Source: Actinomycetes bacterium
GTDB lineage: Bacteria; Actinomycetota; Acidimicrobiia; Acidimicrobiales; Acidimicrobiaceae
Assembly (NCBI GenBank): GCA_021790735.1
Contig: JAJYGI010000126.1
Location: 1 to 55,524 of the forward strand
Direction: 5' to 3'
DNA: 55,524 nucleotides
In this document: positions 21,363-31,618 of the stretch, piece by piece
How positions within the stretch are numbered: the first letter of the stretch is position 1
How the letters are laid out: every line of letters begins with the position of its first letter
The notes under the pieces: model-generated
Database searches by the model: none
Told to the model about the DNA's origin: nothing
The model's input: the letters and a program-made list of their open reading frames with translations, nothing else
Made by a program: the position numbers and the translations under genes

Positions 21363-21782
21363 CTAGCCTTTAATCGTTCCCCTGAAGAGCACCACGGCCT
21401 GAGAAAGAGGCACCAAGTCTCTGCGGTAGTGCTTATGAATCTTCTCTTTTTCCACCTTGGACTGTTCTTGCAGAGCTTGCATCTGATCCTTTAAGTCTTT
21501 GATCTCTGCCTCTAAGGCCATAATCCTCTTGACACCTTCCAGACCTATACCTAGGTTCGTAAGTTCTTGGATTCTTCGTAGTCGATCAATGTCATCTTGA
21601 CTATAACGTCTTGAGCCACCGTCTGTCCGAGCGGGATCCAAGAGTCCCTTTCGTTCATAGATTCGTAACGTCTGCGGATGCATCCCAGATAGTTCCGCGG
21701 CGACCGAGATCACGTACACCGCTCTGTCATTTCGCCTCTCAAAGGGTGACTCAATGCCTCCTCGTGCCGATCTACCCGCCAT
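21363..21782 (-). CDS. hspR: Heat-shock repressor HspR (MerR family)
   Basis: VYVISVAAELSGMHPQTLRIYER…GGSRRYS; immediately downstream of dnaJ. Confidence 0.96.
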   Translation of the reverse strand: MAGRSARGGIESPFERRNDRAVYVISVAAELSGMHPQTLRIYERKGLLDPARTDGGSRRYSQDDIDRLRRIQELTNLGIGLEGVKRIMALEAEIKDLKDQMQALQEQSKVEKEKIHKHYRRDLVPLSQAVVLFRGTIKG

Positions 21783-21803
21783 CTTCTCTCACACCTCTCA
21801 CAG

Positions 21804-22886
21804 TTAACCTCTCGGGGGTTCGGGCGTCAATTTAGCCAACTCTTCTATGAGCTTCCTCTGCTTTTGGTCTAAGCTCTCTGGCACCCAAACCTCTACCGTT
21901 ACTAAAAGATCACCAGGCGTTACCCCCTTCTTGGAGGACGGAATACCTTTCCCTCGAACTCTAAAGGTCCTCCCTGACTTCGTCCCCGGAGGAACCTTAA
22001 GTGATACCTTTGACCCATCCAAGGTAGGTGCTGAGACAACCGCACCAAGAGCCGCCTCAGGGTAACTCACGGGAACCGTAATCGTCAGATCGTTTCCGCT
22101 CCTACCGAAGCGTTCGTGTCGACCCACATGTACCACCACATAGAGGTCACCAGGAGGCCCACCGTTTTTCCCTAAATCGCCCTTTCCCTTAATACGAATC
22201 CTTTGTCCCATCTCCACCCCCGGGGGGATTCGGATCCTCACTTGTCTTGAGCGCCTTTCAACTCCCGTTCCTTTGCAGGACAGACACGCTTTGGCGACAA
22301 TGATTCCTCTACCTCCACAAGCAGGACAAGGCTGAGAAAAGGAGAAAAATCCTTGGTTGTCACTTACTGAACCGCTACCTTGGCACCTTGCACATACCTG
22401 CGGTACCGTACCAGGAGCTGCACCTGTTCCACCACAGGTGACGCAGTTCGCGTCACCTATCACATTTACCGACGTGGTGACGCCAGTGGCAGCTTCCTCG
22501 AAAGACAGGTGAATCTCAGCTTCAAGATCACTTCCACGTTGAGGGCCAGCACTTTTAGATCTACCCCTATTGAACAGACCCCCGATTAGGTCTCCAAGAT
22601 CCTCCACTTTGAAGTCGAAGTTCGACCCAGCTCCGCCTCCAAAGCCTCCTGCCATAGGACCGGCGGACCTTGCGTCATCATATTCTTTACGTTTTGCAGG
22701 ATCTCCAAGAACATCATAAGCTGCAGAAACCTGCTTAAACTTATCCTCAGATCCAGGATTAGCGTCAGGATGGTACTGCTTTGCGAGTTTGCGATAAGCT
22801 TTTGTTATATCCTTATCGCTCGCATCTTTGGACACTCCCAGAACCTTGTAGTAGTCCTTTTCGAACCACTCCCTCTGGACGGTCAT
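21804..22886 (-). CDS. dnaJ: Chaperone DnaJ
   Basis: J-domain HPD, G/F-rich region and four CxxCxGxG repeats. Confidence 0.98.
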   Translation of the reverse strand: MTVQREWFEKDYYKVLGVSKDASDKDITKAYRKLAKQYHPDANPGSEDKFKQVSAAYDVLGDPAKRKEYDDARSAGPMAGGFGGGAGSNFDFKVEDLGDLIGGLFNRGRSKSAGPQRGSDLEAEIHLSFEEAATGVTTSVNVIGDANCVTCGGTGAAPGTVPQVCARCQGSGSVSDNQGFFSFSQPCPACGGRGIIVAKACLSCKGTGVERRSRQVRIRIPPGVEMGQRIRIKGKGDLGKNGGPPGDLYVVVHVGRHERFGRSGNDLTITVPVSYPEAALGAVVSAPTLDGSKVSLKVPPGTKSGRTFRVRGKGIPSSKKGVTPGDLLVTVEVWVPESLDQKQRKLIEELAKLTPEPPRG

Positions 22887-22894
22887 ATCGCCTC

Positions 22895-23494
22895 CTAACC
22901 AGACACTTTGACCATAGCGGGACGTATGATCCTTCCTCGCCAGCGATATCCAACCCTAAGCACCTCAGTCACAATCTGTTCGCCGTCTCCTTCTTCATGA
23001 GCCACGGCTTCTGCTTCAGATGGATCGAACCTTGATCCCAAAGGGGATATCTGCTCCAGTCCCTCTTTGGAAAGCGTCTCGACCAGCGCAGAACCTATCT
23101 GCTCCACGTAAGAGGGCGACTCGAACTCGCCTTCTCGGATGTGGGTTCTCGCAAGTTCCAACGTATCTAGAGCAGGAAGGAGTTTCTTGATCAAGTCTTC
23201 ATTGGCTCGTTCAATCGTATCGACTCTTTGCTTGTCTACTCGCTTCTTGAAGTTATCAAAGTCTGCCTTGAGTCTCTGTAGAGCCTCAAGAAACTCGTCT
23301 CTTTCCTTCTTCAGTAGCTCGAATTCAATATCAATATCAGCGCTACCGTCATCAATAGACTCCTCTTGTAAGGAGGAAGAGTTTTCATCCGTCCCTTCCT
23401 CCCCTTCAAGATTTTCGCCAGCTTCGGAGATCAACGGATGCTCTAGCGTGTCTTCCTCATCACGAAGGTTATCGGTACTATCTTCCCTACTCAC
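22895..23494 (-). CDS. grpE: Nucleotide exchange factor GrpE
   Basis: [12 protein letters not shown] and GY…IRPAMVKV motifs. Confidence 0.97.
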   Translation of the reverse strand: MSREDSTDNLRDEEDTLEHPLISEAGENLEGEEGTDENSSSLQEESIDDGSADIDIEFELLKKERDEFLEALQRLKADFDNFKKRVDKQRVDTIERANEDLIKKLLPALDTLELARTHIREGEFESPSYVEQIGSALVETLSKEGLEQISPLGSRFDPSEAEAVAHEEGDGEQIVTEVLRVGYRWRGRIIRPAMVKVSG

Positions 23495-25335
23495 TAGCTC
23501 TCCTTATTGGGCTCATCAACGATCTCAGCATCTACAATCTCGTCATCGGAAGAGCTTGTTGCTCCTGAAGATCCCATATCTGAACTCGAAGCAGACTTAG
23601 CTGCCTCTTCATAAAGCTTCTGTGTGAAACTTTGGCTAGCTGACATCAAGGCGTCAGTAGCAGACTTAATTTTGCCGATATCATCACCAGCTATTGCGGT
23701 CTTTAGCTCAGCCAAAGATGACTCAACGGATTCCTTTTCCGGCCCGCTCAGGTTCTCGCCTTGCTCCTTGACCAACTGCTCGGTGCGATACACCAAGGTG
23801 TCTGCATTGTTTCTAACCTCAGCCTCTTCACGACGTGCTTTATCATCAGCCTCGTGAGCCTCCGCATCTTTTACCATACGCTCGATGTCATCTTTAGAGA
23901 GACTTGTCGATCCGGTAATAGTGATCGACTGCTCTTTTGAGGTGGCTCTGTCTTTCGCGGACACGTGCACGATTCCATTAGCATCGATATCAAAGGTGAC
24001 CTCAATCTGGGGAATTCCTCTTGGTGCTGGTGGAAGCCCTACAAGCTGGAAGCGACCGAGAGTTTTGTTATACATTGCCATCTCTCGTTCGCCCTGAAGG
24101 ACATGTATCTCAACGGAAGGTTGATTGTCGTCGGCTGTCGTAAAGACCTGAGTTCTCTGTGTCGGAATCGTGGTGTTGCGCTCTATTAACTTCGTCATCA
24201 CACCGCCTTTTGTCTCAATTCCTAAAGAGAGAGGAGTTACATCGAGAAGAAGAACGTCTTTTACTTCGCCTTTCAAGACACCAGCTTGGATAGCTGCTCC
24301 TACGGCAACGACTTCGTCTGGGTTCACACCCTTATGTGGCTCTTTGCCAGTAAGAGACACTACGAGGTCATGGATAGCAGGCATACGAGTTGATCCACCC
24401 ACCATGACAACGTGATCAATTTTGTCAGTTGTTAGTCCCGCGTCCCTAATCGCTTGCTCAAAGGGGCCCTTGCAAGCATCAGCAAGGTCCTGAGTAAGTT
24501 CTTGGAACTTCGCTCTCGTAAGTTTGATATCAAGGTGTTTGGGTCCCTCGGCTGTGGCTGTAATGAAAGGAAGATTTATCGTTGTCTCCATCATCGCAGA
24601 AAGTTCAATCTTGGCCTTTTCGGCGGCTTCTTTGAGCCTTTGCATAGCCATCTTGTCTCCAGAGAGATCCACACCCTCTGTGCCTTTGAAACTTTTGACT
24701 AACCAATCGATAACTCTTTGATCCCAATCATCACCACCAAGATGTGTGTTTCCAGAGGTCGACTTGACTTCAAAGACTCCGTCACCGATCTCTAGAACGG
24801 AAACATCAAAGGTGCCGCCACCGAGATCAAAGACAAGAACAGTCTGGTCTGCGCCTTCTTTATCCAGGCCGTACGAGAGAGCTGCAGCAGTAGGTTCGTT
24901 GATGATCCTAAGCACCTCAAGGCCCGCAATCTGTCCAGCCTCTTTAGTTGCGGTCCTCTGTGCATCGTCAAAGTACGCTGGAACAGTGATAACCGCTTGA
25001 GTCACGGTATCTCCCAGATAAGCCTCGGCATCCCTTTTTAACTTCGACAAGACTCTGGCACTTATCTCCTGTGGCGTATACTTCTTTCCGTCGATATCTA
25101 TCGACCAAGAGGTTCCCATATGACGCTTCACAGACCGTATCGTACGATCTGGATTAGTAATCGACTGTCTCTTGGCAACCTCGCCTACCAAGATTTCACC
25201 ATTCTTTGCAAACGCTACAACAGAAGGCGTAGTCCTTCCACCTTCCGCGTTCGGGATGACTACTGGATCACCCGCTTCTAGAACAGATACCACAGAGTTA
25301 GTGGTTCCAAGATCTATACCTACTGCCTTAGGCAT
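23494..25335 (-). CDS. dnaK: Chaperone DnaK
   Basis: [23 protein letters not shown] and VGGSTRMP motifs; GGAGG RBS. Confidence 0.99.
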   Translation of the reverse strand: MPKAVGIDLGTTNSVVSVLEAGDPVVIPNAEGGRTTPSVVAFAKNGEILVGEVAKRQSITNPDRTIRSVKRHMGTSWSIDIDGKKYTPQEISARVLSKLKRDAEAYLGDTVTQAVITVPAYFDDAQRTATKEAGQIAGLEVLRIINEPTAAALSYGLDKEGADQTVLVFDLGGGTFDVSVLEIGDGVFEVKSTSGNTHLGGDDWDQRVIDWLVKSFKGTEGVDLSGDKMAMQRLKEAAEKAKIELSAMMETTINLPFITATAEGPKHLDIKLTRAKFQELTQDLADACKGPFEQAIRDAGLTTDKIDHVVMVGGSTRMPAIHDLVVSLTGKEPHKGVNPDEVVAVGAAIQAGVLKGEVKDVLLLDVTPLSLGIETKGGVMTKLIERNTTIPTQRTQVFTTADDNQPSVEIHVLQGEREMAMYNKTLGRFQLVGLPPAPRGIPQIEVTFDIDANGIVHVSAKDRATSKEQSITITGSTSLSKDDIERMVKDAEAHEADDKARREEAEVRNNADTLVYRTEQLVKEQGENLSGPEKESVESSLAELKTAIAGDDIGKIKSATDALMSASQSFTQKLYEEAAKSASSSDMGSSGATSSSDDEIVDAEIVDEPNKES

Positions 25336-25382
25336 GTACGCCTCCTATTTTTTATACACTTTAACTTAACCAAATAATATAA

Positions 25383-25487
25383 CCTGAGTCAGTTTATATC
25401 AGCTTTACGTATGACTCAACACTCACAACACAACATTATTCCTATATTCTTAGACTGAACTGAAAAGTTGAGTCATGTTCACTCAGG
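25383..25487. promoter_or_regulatory. HspR operators (HAIR) upstream of dnaK
   Basis: GTTGAGT-CATGTTC-ACTCAGG at 25467-25487 versus the consensus CTTGAGT-N7-ACTCAAG. A weaker site CCTGAGT-N7-TATCAGC lies at 25383-25403 and a half-site ACTCAAC at 25414-25420. Confidence 0.85.
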
Positions 25488-25550
25488 ATTATGTCGAGTG
25501 CAGAGACTTCCCAGATTGGTCCTGAGCACAATTCCCACTATTGTTTTGAC

Positions 25551-26243
25551 GTGGCAACTTTGATACTTTTACGACACGGTCAAAGCACCTGGAACCTTGA
25601 GAACCGGTTCACGGGATGGGTTGACGTTGACCTCACTGACCAAGGAATAAGAGAGGCTGTAGCAGCAGGAAAACTCCTATCCCAAGCTGGACTACTTCCA
25701 ACTGTCGCCTTCACCTCGGTTCTGAAGCGAGCAGTAAAGACTCTAGATCTGGCTCTCTACGAGATGGAACTAAGTTGGATACCTGTAGAAAAGTCTTGGC
25801 GTTTGAATGAACGGCACTATGGATCGTTACAAGGTCTCAATAAGGCCGAAACAGCTCAGCTCTACGGAGACGATCAAGTGAAACTGTGGCGACGATCGTT
25901 CGACACACCACCTCCCCCGCTACATCCTAACGATATGGTGGATCTCTTTGAAGATCTTCGGTATCGAAAAGTCGCAAGAGAACTACTACCTGCGACAGAG
26001 TGCCTAAAAGACGTCTTAGAAAGAATGATGCCCTTTTGGTATGATGAGTTAGTGCCACGCTTAATTGAAGCGGAGACCGTACTGGTCTCCGCTCACGGAA
26101 ATTCTCTAAGAGCGCTAATTAAGCACTTGGAGAACGTATCAGACAACGAGATCGTAAAGTACGAAATACCAAATGGTGAGCCCATCGTTTACCAACTCGA
26201 TAAACACCTAGGTGTTGAGTCGAAACACATTCTTAGACTCTGA
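25551..26243 (+). CDS. gpmA: 2,3-bisphosphoglycerate-dependent phosphoglycerate mutase
   Basis: LLRHGQS, FTGWVDV, LNERHYG and AHGNSLR motifs; GTG at 25551 is the likely start (ATG at 25491 is possible). Confidence 0.96.
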   Translation: MATLILLRHGQSTWNLENRFTGWVDVDLTDQGIREAVAAGKLLSQAGLLPTVAFTSVLKRAVKTLDLALYEMELSWIPVEKSWRLNERHYGSLQGLNKAETAQLYGDDQVKLWRRSFDTPPPPLHPNDMVDLFEDLRYRKVARELLPATECLKDVLERMMPFWYDELVPRLIEAETVLVSAHGNSLRALIKHLENVSDNEIVKYEIPNGEPIVYQLDKHLGVESKHILRL

Positions 26244-26352
26244 CTCGGTTACGAGTAAACGCCTCAGAGTCAGAGACCTTCATAGCGCTTAATGAAGCTA
26301 CCCTTAACTTTGAAAGAGCATAAGCGTCCATAGCATCGTTAGACTCACCTAT

Positions 26353-27042
26353 GTGAAAAGTAATATAGTGAAGGCATTTTTAGGCATAACGGCTGCAGCA
26401 ACAACGCTAAGTGCTTGCCACTACACCAATGGAGAGTACGGTCCCGCTGGGGCCGCTCCCGTGGTAGTGCCTGGATCTTCTAACGGTAAGGCCACTTATA
26501 AGGGGGGGTACTCAGGTACGAATACTCACCTTCTACAAGGATCTCCACAAGGATCTAATCCTTCTTTAGACAGTGGAGCAGGTTTTGCTGTACAAAACTA
26601 CCCCTCGACAACGCTTCCCGGATGGATTCAGGGTCATCCACCAGGTCCTGCCGTGCTTTCATATCGCAACTCGCCATTCGGACAAATCCTTACGACTAGT
26701 ACAGGTAAGACACTTTACATAAGGTTGGGAGATCAATATCGACAGTCATTTTGTTCGAACATCTGCGCTAGAGCCTTTCCACCATATCTTACAAATGGTG
26801 CACCGCAAGCCTCCGGAGGAGTCCTCGCCGCCTACATTGGAGTACTAGAAGCAGACATCTCAGGGCAAAGAGAGCAGGTCGCCTACGGACAGCACCCTTT
26901 ATACACCTACTCCGGAGATACCGGTCCCGGTCAGTATCGAGCCGAGGGCAAAGGAGGAATATGGTACGTGATAAATGTTGACGGTCTACCGGTAAAGGCG
27001 CCGGTGACACAAAGCACTACAACAACTATACCAAAAGGGTAA
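26353..27042 (+). CDS. Lipoprotein with COG4315 / Lipoprotein_15-type repeats
   Basis: Lipobox LSAC; GKTLY…CSNICARAFPP; QVAYGQHPLYTYSGD…G.GGIWYVI. Confidence 0.88.
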   Translation: MKSNIVKAFLGITAAATTLSACHYTNGEYGPAGAAPVVVPGSSNGKATYKGGYSGTNTHLLQGSPQGSNPSLDSGAGFAVQNYPSTTLPGWIQGHPPGPAVLSYRNSPFGQILTTSTGKTLYIRLGDQYRQSFCSNICARAFPPYLTNGAPQASGGVLAAYIGVLEADISGQREQVAYGQHPLYTYSGDTGPGQYRAEGKGGIWYVINVDGLPVKAPVTQSTTTTIPKG

Positions 27043-27146
27043 GGCCCTTTCGGTTTAAACGCCAACTCTTTAGAAGAGCATCCTAAAGGGTCATCTAAAT
27101 CCGTAGTAGGGAGTACCCAAGTTGGGTAACCACTAAAATACAAAGT

Positions 27147-27908
27147 ATAAAAGCATACTCAACCTCGAAAGATACCAAAAACCTCTGCGTTGCGCTCGTA
27201 ACCGGTTCTACGTCAGGGATCGGTGCGGCAATCGCACGACGCATGTCGGCGGACGGTATGATCGCCGTCGTGCATTCACGTTCCAGCCGTGACGCCGGAC
27301 TCCGTCTGGCCCATGAACTCGGTAGTACATACGAACAGGCAGACCTCGCCGATGAGATTGAATGCAAGGCGCTCATCGATGCCGTCATAAGTACTTACGG
27401 ACGTCTCGACGTGCTGGTTAATAACGCGGGGATCAGCTGGCCCATCCCTCACGACAACCTCGAAACCGTTACTGCGTCGGTGTGGCGGCGCCTCCTAGAC
27501 GTCAACCTCATAGCGCCGTGGCTCCTCACTTCCAACGCGCTGGCAGCTCTGCGTACTTCTACGAAACCAGGAGGGGGTGCAGTGATCAACATAACTAGCC
27601 ATGCCGGCGTACACCCTAAGGGATCGTCTATCCCATATGCCGCCAGCAAAGCAGCACTAAATCATACTACCAAGTTGCTCGCTGCCGCCCTCGGGCCTGT
27701 CGTCCGCGTTAACGCTATTGCCCCCGGTCTCGTCGACACCCCGATGACAGCTGATTGGACCGAAACGAAACGTTTCTGGCGCGAGAACGCGCCCATGGGT
27801 CGTGCCGCACAACCCGATGATGTCGCCGACATCGTGTCAGCACTCGTCGCAAACACCTACATCACAGGTGAAGTTGTTCTTCTCGATGGCGGGCTCAACC
27901 TGCGGTAG
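27147..27908 (+). CDS. Short-chain dehydrogenase/reductase; start codon unresolved
   Basis: NNAG, YAASK and RVNAIAPG motifs. The Rossmann motif VALVTGSTSGIG is in frame upstream of the first ATG (27243). The start given is a tentative ATA. Confidence 0.85.
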   Translation: MKAYSTSKDTKNLCVALVTGSTSGIGAAIARRMSADGMIAVVHSRSSRDAGLRLAHELGSTYEQADLADEIECKALIDAVISTYGRLDVLVNNAGISWPIPHDNLETVTASVWRRLLDVNLIAPWLLTSNALAALRTSTKPGGGAVINITSHAGVHPKGSSIPYAASKAALNHTTKLLAAALGPVVRVNAIAPGLVDTPMTADWTETKRFWRENAPMGRAAQPDDVADIVSALVANTYITGEVVLLDGGLNLR

Positions 27909-28378
27909 CCGTTGCAGAACACTCCTTTCGCTGATTTAGGATCTATAAGAAATGGTTCGGTAGTTGTCGCCTTAACATATGAGATATAGAGCGAAGACTA
28001 GAGGGTTCATAAAAGATAGGATCCGTTACTTCCCCTAACAAGCAAGTCGAGTGGGTCTAAGGAGATATAAGTTACGCCATGACTTTCATCCACGTCGACT
28101 AACGAACGTGCTGTAAAGGATAGCTGATCTAAAGCAAGTTTACCTGTCCAAGTTGCAAGGGAGTACTTCGTCCATAACAGCTAGCAGTGCATCTGTAGTT
28201 GACTGCAGACTTACAATTAAGCCCTTGGCTCGCTAACGAAGAACGTTCCACCGGGACAGTCGCCTCTAACCCAAGATCAGCAAGACGGTACAAATGACCC
28301 TATTCAAACTTCCCTAACTACTTTATAATCATCATGTAAAGACAAAAGTACAGTTACGTTGCTTATAAAGGAGACTTT

Positions 28379-28567
28379 ATGCTTGGGGTCAATGTATTTT
28401 CATTAATTGTAGGAGCCCTAATAAACCTTAGTGGGCCTGGTTCCTATATCAAATGGGGGTTCATACAGATGTCTGTAGCAAACCTCATCCTGATTCTACT
28501 CATGTTAGTAGTCTTAGCGCTCGCAATGGTAATTCCCTTTCCACACCGACCGGGAGGAAAAAAATGA
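28379..28567 (+). CDS. Small membrane protein coupled to the cytochrome b gene
   Basis: AAGGAG RBS; hydrophobic helix ending in IPFP; its TGA overlaps the next ATG (ATGA). Confidence 0.8.
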   Translation: MLGVNVFSLIVGALINLSGPGSYIKWGFIQMSVANLILILLMLVVLALAMVIPFPHRPGGKK

Positions 28568-30153
28568 TAGACGATAAGGAGATTAAAGATACAAAAATCG
28601 ATGACGAAGATGTAATCAACCATCAGTGGACGACAAAACTTCGTCGAAAGGCTGTCGGGGAACTTCCTCCGCAAAAACTACTCCCAGATAGTCAGCCAGC
28701 CTATGTTTCGAGTTGGATCTACGTGTTCGGGGTACTGACGCTTTCAGCTCTTGGTGTCGTAGCAATCTCGGGCGGAATCCTGGCGTTTTTTGGTCCTTCA
28801 TGGTGGCAGCAGAGTCCCGAAGGTCACTTTATAAACTCGCTCCACCTTTGGAGCGTTGAACTGTTCTTCTTCTTTATGGTAGTTCACCTTTGGGGAAAGT
28901 TCTTCATGGCGGCCTGGCGTGGCAAAAGAGCACTGACTTGGATTACTGGTGCAGTAGCGTTCTTAGTTTCAATAGGCGCCGCATTTACAGGATACCTGTC
29001 CCAGCAAAACTTTGACTCTCAGTGGATATCGACACAAGGGAAAGACGCTATGAACTCCATCGGGATTGGAGCCTTCTTCAATCTCATGAACTTTGGTCAA
29101 ATGTTTATGTGGCACATACTCCTCCTTCCGCTCCTAGTAGTAATAATCGTTGGCGTTCACATCCTTGGAGTTCGCGTCAAGGGAGTTGTTCCTCCCATAG
29201 GAACGTTCGAGGATAAGCAAGACTACGCGAAGCCTTGGAGCGGTAAGGTCAGACCTTATGACATCATCAAAGAAGGGGTCATAGCTCTCATTGTAGTTTC
29301 GTTGCTTTCGGTCACGCTATCGGTCGTATTCTCCTCTCCGAATAAAGCACCCCTCACCATCCAAAGATGGGCAAAAGCAGATCCGGTAGACTTTGTAACT
29401 ACCGCCGCAACGGAGCTTGCTGGTACATCGTTTTCAGGCAGCTACGGACCTCCCTACAACAACGGAACTGGCGCACTTCAATCTATTGGACCGATATCGC
29501 TACAAAAGATTGCAGGAGTTCGAATTCCAATCAACTCGGCTCAGGACTTCGTATTGCAACCACTGTCAACGATTCCCAACAACCCAACTCTCAAGGACGC
29601 TCTGATAACCTATGAATCTGCAACGCCCTCCTTGCAGAACACATGGAACAGCAGCTTTGCCAAAGCGGACACAAAGCTTGCCGTGATCGGTAACTCAATA
29701 TCTGTTCCGAAGGGCAACTATGGTCCCATTCCGATTCTCATGAAGAACCTCCTGACCATGGCGAACACTGGCGGATTAGACTCAGATCTAGAAAACTCTC
29801 ATCAGTTCTACGGGACCGACTATACCAAACCCCTTTTATTTATGGCCGACGGAAGCTACATGGCTACGCTTGCCCAACAAGATCATCTCACCGGTGATCA
29901 GTGGGGTATGATGAACGAGACTGACAAGTGGCCCGGTCAACCTTGGTTATGGCTCTACACCATGTGGTATCAGATTCCACCGATGTCGACATCGTCCAAC
30001 GCAGACGCGCTTGTAATGTCGATAATGGTACTACTAACCTTAGGCTTCGCCTCGATACCTTTCATTCCTGGAGTGAGATCAATACCTGAAAAAATAGGGC
30101 TCTATAAGTTAATCTGGCGAGACTTTTACAAGGACCAAAACGCCTCAAAGTAG
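28564..30153 (+). CDS. Cytochrome b/b6-domain membrane protein with a large extracytoplasmic insert
   Basis: Two heme-ligand His pairs (SLHLWS…VVHLWG; MWHILL…GVHILG) and FTGYL; ~220-aa loop followed by a terminal TM helix. Confidence 0.9.
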   Translation: MIDDKEIKDTKIDDEDVINHQWTTKLRRKAVGELPPQKLLPDSQPAYVSSWIYVFGVLTLSALGVVAISGGILAFFGPSWWQQSPEGHFINSLHLWSVELFFFFMVVHLWGKFFMAAWRGKRALTWITGAVAFLVSIGAAFTGYLSQQNFDSQWISTQGKDAMNSIGIGAFFNLMNFGQMFMWHILLLPLLVVIIVGVHILGVRVKGVVPPIGTFEDKQDYAKPWSGKVRPYDIIKEGVIALIVVSLLSVTLSVVFSSPNKAPLTIQRWAKADPVDFVTTAATELAGTSFSGSYGPPYNNGTGALQSIGPISLQKIAGVRIPINSAQDFVLQPLSTIPNNPTLKDALITYESATPSLQNTWNSSFAKADTKLAVIGNSISVPKGNYGPIPILMKNLLTMANTGGLDSDLENSHQFYGTDYTKPLLFMADGSYMATLAQQDHLTGDQWGMMNETDKWPGQPWLWLYTMWYQIPPMSTSSNADALVMSIMVLLTLGFASIPFIPGVRSIPEKIGLYKLIWRDFYKDQNASK

Positions 30154-30167
30154 GAGCCTACTGCTAA

Positions 30168-30205
30168 AAAAGAAAGCCCTGTTCCATATAACAGGGCTTT
30201 CTTTT
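30168..30205. terminator. Rho-independent terminator after the cytochrome b gene
   Basis: AAAAGAAAGCCCTGTT-ccatat-AACAGGGCTTTCTTTT. Confidence 0.88.
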
Positions 30206-30322
30206 GCCGCAACCTCTACTTCATACCAATCGGCATTGTCACATCCTTTTACACTCTTGCGCCCGAGGAGCTATATTATGACGCTAACACATCCGAAACG
30301 GCACCAAGTAAAGGAATAGACC

Positions 30323-31618
30323 ATGAGATGGCCTTTAGCGAGAGACAGAAAACACGCCTTAAATTTGGCAAACTTCGACTCTACAACAAGGAAAAAGGTC
30401 GTAATCGTGGGCGCTGGGTTTGCAGGTTTGTCCGCAGTAGAGACTCTCTACCGCGAAAACTTTGATATTTTATTGATCGATAGACATAACTTTGCCACCT
30501 TTCAACCCTTGCTCTATCAAGTGGCAACTGCTGGTCTAAATCCCGGAGACGTGTCATTTCCCATAAGAACGCTGCTGAGAAAGTACCCTCAAGTGCGCTT
30601 TCGCCAAGGAGAGCTCTCTAAACTTGCAAAGGAGTCAAATCTGATTGAGCTCGAAGATGGATCAAAGATTGGGTATGACTACCTGATACTCGCCTTTGGA
30701 GCTACATCGAACTACTTCGGAGTAAAAGGTGCTGCGGAGTACTCACATGCTATCTATACCTTGGACGACGCTCTTGAGGTTCGCAATCGAATCTTTCATC
30801 AATTTGAACTCGCCGCGGCACACGGAATAACCGAAGGATGCCTCACTTTTGTCGTGGTTGGTGGTGGGGCCACAGGCGTTGAGATGGCTGGAGCCTCAGC
30901 AGAGCTTTGCGACCGAGCACTCCGCACAGACTATACCTCAATTCCTAGATCCCTGGTGAGGGTTATTCTTATAGAACAGAGAGATAAGATACTTGAAGCT
31001 TTCGACGATCCTCTCTCACAGTATGCATTAGAAGAACTCAAAAGACGAGGTGTCGAGGTTACACTCAATAGCGCCGTCGATGAGATTACCCCCGAGAAGG
31101 TCCACCTCAGTGGTGACAAAGATATACCTTATGGAATATTGATCTGGGCAGCTGGAGTAGGAGCTCCTGCCCTTACTGCCACCTTAGGTCTACCTCAAGG
31201 GCGAGGTGGCAGAATCTTAGTTGAACCCGATCTCAGAGTTACAGGATACGACAACATCTTTGCGGTCGGCGACATTGCGGCTGCAAACTCCAAAAATCAA
31301 ATCGTTCCGCAGCTAGCCCAGCCCGCACTTCAAGGGGGCAAGCACGCGGCTTTACAGATAAAAAATCTTGTAACTAATGTACCAACATCACCTTTTGTCT
31401 ACAAAGATCGTGGAATCATGGCCACCATAGGACGTAGAGCAGCGGTCGCACAATTAAAAGGTGGCGTCGACCTCACTGGGTGGCTCGCATGGATGGCTTG
31501 GCTCATCCTCCATCTTATGACTCTCCTTGGAGCAAGAAATAAACTATCGGTGCTCATCAACTGGTTGTGGCACTACATATCGTGGGGGAAAGGTCCAAGA
31601 GTGATTTTAGGCGGATAG
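30323..31618 (+). CDS. ndh: Type II NADH dehydrogenase
   Basis: GAGFAG, FQPLLYQVAT, VGGGATGVEMAG, AVGD, PQLAQPA and F.YKDRGIMATIGR motifs. Confidence 0.93.
   Translation: MRWPLARDRKHALNLANFDSTTRKKVVIVGAGFAGLSAVETLYRENFDILLIDRHNFATFQPLLYQVATAGLNPGDVSFPIRTLLRKYPQVRFRQGELSKLAKESNLIELEDGSKIGYDYLILAFGATSNYFGVKGAAEYSHAIYTLDDALEVRNRIFHQFELAAAHGITEGCLTFVVVGGGATGVEMAGASAELCDRALRTDYTSIPRSLVRVILIEQRDKILEAFDDPLSQYALEELKRRGVEVTLNSAVDEITPEKVHLSGDKDIPYGILIWAAGVGAPALTATLGLPQGRGGRILVEPDLRVTGYDNIFAVGDIAAANSKNQIVPQLAQPALQGGKHAALQIKNLVTNVPTSPFVYKDRGIMATIGRRAAVAQLKGGVDLTGWLAWMAWLILHLMTLLGARNKLSVLINWLWHYISWGKGPRVILGG

Noticed and set aside
28453-28563. Longer start for the cytochrome b gene
   Set aside because: It overlaps the small membrane ORF; ATGA coupling supports 28564.
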